From Candidatus Eiseniibacteriota bacterium (GTDB taxonomy: Bacteria > Eisenbacteria > RBG-16-71-46 > JACRLI01), in NCBI GenBank assembly GCA_025351485.1, contig JANXVU010000140.1, positions 1 to 18,075 on the forward strand: DNA of 18,075 bases, given 5' to 3'. Shown piece after piece: positions 15,007-18,075 of the stretch. The position numbers and the translations under genes were made by a program. Each line of letters opens with the position of its first letter. Within the stretch, counting starts at the first letter, position 1. The notes beneath the pieces are model-generated. The model was not told the DNA's origin. It did no database searches and worked only from the letters and a program-made list of their open reading frames with translations.

Positions 15007-15855
15007 ATGTTCCATCTCCACCGACACTGGCTTCTGGACGTCTTGGACATCCTTCTGGTGTCGTTCCTATTCTACAGGCTATTCCTGAGGGTCAAGGGAA
15101 CCCGAGCTGCTCAGATGTTTGGCAGCCTGGTGTTCATCCTCCTCGTATCCTTTCTTGCCCAATACCTCCAGCTGAACGCCCTCAACTGGATCTTCAGTAC
15201 CCTGAAGCAAGTTTGGGTGGTCGCCTTTGTCGTGATCTTCCAACCTGAGCTTCGTGGCGCTCTTGCCCAACTTGGGCAGGCGCCGCTGCTCTCCGACGTG
15301 TTCCGGATGGGTCGCTATGGCGTGCTGGCCCAGGTGGTCAGCGCGGCCGAGCAGCTCAAGGAACGCGGGTGGGGCGGGTTGATTGTGCTGGAGCGGGACG
15401 TCGGGCTGGCCAACTATGCCGAGACCGGAACGCGCATCGATTCCTCGGTGACCCGCGAGCTGATCCTAACCCTGTTCACTCCGGGCTCCCCGCTGCACGA
15501 CGGGGCGGTGATGATTTCGGGGGACAAGATCGTTTCCGCCGGCTGCACGCTTCCGATGTCCCAGAGCCCGGCGCTCACCGGGGCGCTGGGCATGCGGCAC
15601 CGGGCGGCCCTGGGTCTTTCCGAAGAGACGGACGCGGTCATCGTGGTGGTGTCCGAAGAGCGCGGCGAGATCTCGCTGGCTTCGGGGGGCGAGCTGATGC
15701 GCAACCTGGATCGCATCCGGCTTCGACTGGAGCTGACCGCGCTCTTCGGCGGCTACCGCCTGCGCCTGCGCCGGTTCTGGAACCGGCTCCGTAACCGTCG
15801 GCCGGTCACGGCTGACCCCGGCGACGATGGCGCGGCTTCCGCGCCTACGCCTTAG
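15007..15855 (+). CDS. cdaA: Diadenylate cyclase (c-di-AMP synthase), CdaA/DacA type, with three N-terminal TM helices.
   Basis: The N-terminal membrane segments are LLDVLDILLVSFLFYRL and AAQMFGSLVFILLV. The DAC-domain motifs are GGLIVLERD, LHDGAVMI (DGA) and GMRHRAALGLSEETDAVIVVVSEERGEISL (RHR). The C-terminal Arg-rich extension of about 45 aa is unusual. Confidence 0.88.
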   Translation: MFHLHRHWLLDVLDILLVSFLFYRLFLRVKGTRAAQMFGSLVFILLVSFLAQYLQLNALNWIFSTLKQVWVVAFVVIFQPELRGALAQLGQAPLLSDVFRMGRYGVLAQVVSAAEQLKERGWGGLIVLERDVGLANYAETGTRIDSSVTRELILTLFTPGSPLHDGAVMISGDKIVSAGCTLPMSQSPALTGALGMRHRAALGLSEETDAVIVVVSEERGEISLASGGELMRNLDRIRLRLELTALFGGYRLRLRRFWNRLRNRRPVTADPGDDGAASAPTP

Positions 15856-15875
15856 AGCGGCCGCACTCCGCGCCC

Positions 15876-17246
15876 ATGCCCGATCCTATCCGACCTCTTC
15901 CAACTTCTTCGGGCTCGGCGCCTCCGCCGGTTCGGCCCGAAGAAACTTCCGCGCCCCACACCGCCGCCCAGCCTGGAATCCAGTCCTCCAATTTCAAGTT
16001 TCCCGAAGGCTTCCTGTGGGGAGCCTCCACGTCTGCGCACCAGGTGGAAGGCAACAACCGCAACAACGACTGGTGGGCGTGGGAGCAAGCGGGCCGGGTG
16101 GAGAACCAGTCGGGCCTGGCCGCCGACCACTACAACCGGTTCCGCGAGGATTTCGATCTGGCCCGGGATATGAATCACAACGCGCACCGCTTCTCGCTGG
16201 AGTGGAGCCGGATCGAGCCCGAGGAAGGCCAGTTCGACGCAAAGCAGATCGACCACTACGCCGAAGTGCTCCGGGCGCTGCGCGACCGCGGCATGTCGCC
16301 GGTGGTGACGCTGCTGCACTACACGCTGCCCCTGTGGCTCTCGGATGCGGGCGGTTGGGAAAACCCCAAGATCGAAGACTACTTCGAGCGCTTCGTGGAC
16401 CGGGTCGTGCGTGAGTACCAGGACCTGGCGGATATCTGGATCACGCTGAACGAGCCGGTGGTGCATGTCTACAAGAGCTACATCCTGGGCCAGTGGCCGC
16501 CGGGCAAGCAGGACTTTCCGGCGGCGATCCAGGCGATGCGGCGGATGCTTCGGGCTCACGTCCGGGCCTACCACGCCATCCACGAGATCCAGCCCTCGGC
16601 GCGGGTGAGCATCGCCAAGCACGTGCTGTCGCTTTCGCCGTGCAACCCGCACAGCATGAAGGACAGGCTCTCCACGATGGGCCGCGAGTACCTGTTCAAC
16701 CAGTTGTTCGTGGACTCCCTATACACCGGGGCGCTGCGCGTGCCGGGCATGTTCTGGGAGCGGTTGCCCTCGGGGCGCACGCTGGACTTTATCGGGCTCA
16801 ACTATTACACCCGCGACTTCGTGCACAACACCGGCCTGGACCTGCCGGGAATCCTGGGCGGGGCGTGCGAGATCGACGTGCACCGCATGATCGGCAAGCG
16901 CAATTCGCTGGGGTGGGAGGTGTACCCGGAGGGACTCGCGCACTTCCTCAAGATCTTCGGCCGCTACAAGCTGCCGCTCCTGATCACCGAGAACGGCATC
17001 CCCACCGAGCGCGACGGCGACCGGTGGTTCTTCATCCTGCTCCACCTGTGGCAGGTGGCCCGCGCCATCGGGGACGGCGTGCCGGTGGTGGGCTACATGT
17101 ATTGGTCGCTCCTGGATAATTTCGAATGGGCCGAAGGATTCAAGCCCCGCTTCGGACTGGTGGGCGTGGATTATTCGACCCAGGAGCGCACGGTGCGGGA
17201 GAGCGGTAGGAACCTGGCGGAAGTGATATTGAGAAATGAGTTGTAG
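15876..17246 (+). CDS. Glycoside hydrolase family 1 beta-glucosidase/beta-galactosidase.
   Basis: The N-terminal signature is FPEGFLWGASTSAHQVEG. The acid/base catalyst lies in ITLNEP and the nucleophile in LLITENG. The C-terminal block is WSLLDNFEWAEGFKPRFGLVGVDY. The 36 aa P/S-rich N-terminal extension before the signature suggests the true start may be downstream of the annotated ATG (no in-frame ATG, so possibly GTG/TTG). Confidence 0.88.
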   Translation: MPDPIRPLPTSSGSAPPPVRPEETSAPHTAAQPGIQSSNFKFPEGFLWGASTSAHQVEGNNRNNDWWAWEQAGRVENQSGLAADHYNRFREDFDLARDMNHNAHRFSLEWSRIEPEEGQFDAKQIDHYAEVLRALRDRGMSPVVTLLHYTLPLWLSDAGGWENPKIEDYFERFVDRVVREYQDLADIWITLNEPVVHVYKSYILGQWPPGKQDFPAAIQAMRRMLRAHVRAYHAIHEIQPSARVSIAKHVLSLSPCNPHSMKDRLSTMGREYLFNQLFVDSLYTGALRVPGMFWERLPSGRTLDFIGLNYYTRDFVHNTGLDLPGILGGACEIDVHRMIGKRNSLGWEVYPEGLAHFLKIFGRYKLPLLITENGIPTERDGDRWFFILLHLWQVARAIGDGVPVVGYMYWSLLDNFEWAEGFKPRFGLVGVDYSTQERTVRESGRNLAEVILRNEL

Positions 17247-17675
17247 GCGCCAGAAGTGGACCGCTGATGCAGTGCCCCCCGGATCATTCGCGGGGCGCCC
17301 CTCCGAAGATAGCGGCGGACCAACGTCTTGAGCGGGCGAGTCCCGGGCTGTGATCCCACCGGCTGCCGCGTTGGGCATGCTGCTGGGGGCCCACGCCACG
17401 GACCGGGATCTACCGTTCGCCAGCTGGGTCCAACTCCCGCCCAGCAAAGCAAGCCCGAACGACCCCCCGAGTGCACGGCGTCGCCCGGAGAAGTGAAGCA
17501 CCCACCCCACCCAACCACAGGTCCTTCTACCCCACGGATAACCCGCCGGCACTGCCAGAACAAGCAAATAAGGCATCAACACCCAAGAGCACGCAGCACT
17601 CGCCGTCCAACGACATCGGCGACAGAACATGTGGGGTCTCGATCCAGTGAGGACTTTGCCGGGGTCGGAGCACTC

Positions 17676-17709
17676 TGACAACTTGACCCCGGTCTTGACA
17701 AACTGACAA
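17676..17709. promoter_or_regulatory. Array of four TGAC(A/C) direct repeats (iteron- or operator-like) in the terminal non-coding region.
   Basis: The sequence is cTGACAActTGACCccggtctTGACAAacTGACAAgc. TGAC starts at 17676, 17684, 17696 and 17704 (spacings 8, 12, 8). TTGACC and TTGACA resemble sigma70 -35 hexamers, but no convincing -10 follows. Confidence 0.3.
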
Positions 17710-18075
17710 GCGACGGCCTTCCCGACGATCAGGCCATCGATCTAACTTACTAGCGTGGCTCCGGCAACCCCTAGCGCTGCAGGCGACAGCGCGACGCCAC
17801 GGCTGTCCGTCGCCGAGAAGCCCAGATGGAACGCCATATACAATGTCCAGTATAGATCCCACTTGACCCGGCCCCAGGTTCGCTCCAATTCAAGATGCTC
17901 GATCACCGGGCTTTCGCGAACAAGGTGCGGCTGGGAGTCCGCGGCGGATCCGGGGCTATTTGGCCCGCGGACGTAGTCTGCTGGGGCGCGGCCGCAGTGC
18001 CGTGCAACTGATTCTACTTCCCGCGGGCTCGATTGTCAGCGGTTCGCAGAGCGGGGGTGGTTTTCCGGCCAGGCG

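Noticed and set aside
17328-17678. A 116 aa + strand ORF (TTG start) in the terminal region, with a P/T/R/H-rich product.
   Set aside because: Its composition simply reflects the C-rich strand. It has no SD, no hydrophobic core and a non-canonical start, so it is treated as non-coding.
17247-18075. tmRNA, tRNA, RNase P, SRP or 6S RNA in the terminal non-coding region (and in 10864-11189).
   Set aside because: No GGTTCGAATCC-type T-arm was found. No tmRNA 5' GGGGCUGAUUCUGGAUUCGAC-like start or tag-ORF ending in AA-TAA was found. No SRP GGAAGCAGCCAAGGCAG core was found. The structures noted are reported as uncharacterised only.
1-18075. CRISPR arrays, IS elements/transposases, integrases, toxin-antitoxin pairs and restriction-modification genes.
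   Set aside because: No regularly spaced direct repeats, no terminal inverted repeats with transposase-like ORFs and no recombinase motifs were seen on either strand.

Overview
This is an 18 kb window from a high-GC (about 68%) Gram-negative-type bacterial chromosome. Almost all of it is coding on the + strand, with one small gene on the - strand. The window can be read as five blocks.

1. Positions 1-6342 hold a tightly coupled five-gene operon of poorly characterised envelope proteins. The first gene is the 3' end of a Q/E/K/G/S/P-rich coiled-coil low-complexity protein. It is followed by a signal-peptide TPR-like protein, a secreted protein with a putative class-I glutamine-amidotransferase-like (DJ-1/ThuA-like) nucleophile elbow, a DUF2231-like small membrane protein, and a GT-C-fold polytopic membrane glycosyltransferase (PMT/ArnT-like).

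2. A small convergent - strand membrane protein (6365-6847) is followed by a divergent regulatory region carrying palindromes and a possible small His/Cys-rich ORF.

3. Positions 7312-10863 hold a metal (Zn/Mn) uptake-like cluster. It has an outer-membrane beta-barrel protein, a cluster A-I (ZnuA/TroA/PsaA-type) solute-binding protein, an ABC-3 permease and a BCP/PrxQ-like peroxiredoxin. No ABC ATPase gene is present in the cluster.

4. Positions 10864-13313 hold a 326 bp leader carrying an exact 14-mer direct repeat, then a 681 aa flotillin/SPFH-family protein with no NfeD partner, then an intrinsic terminator.

5. Positions 13420-17246 hold folP, an atypical-composition hypothetical ORF plus a 79 bp nested palindromic element, cdaA (diadenylate cyclase), and a GH1 beta-glucosidase.

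The last 830 bp (17247-18075) are non-coding. They are strand-asymmetric (C/A-rich on the + strand) and contain a TGAC direct-repeat array and hairpins, so they are candidates for an ncRNA, an origin/operator-like site or an island boundary.

No tRNA, rRNA, CRISPR or recognisable IS elements were found. The many long antisense and alternate-frame ORFs in the track are high-GC artefacts.

All functional calls come from motif recognition by eye. No database search was run.
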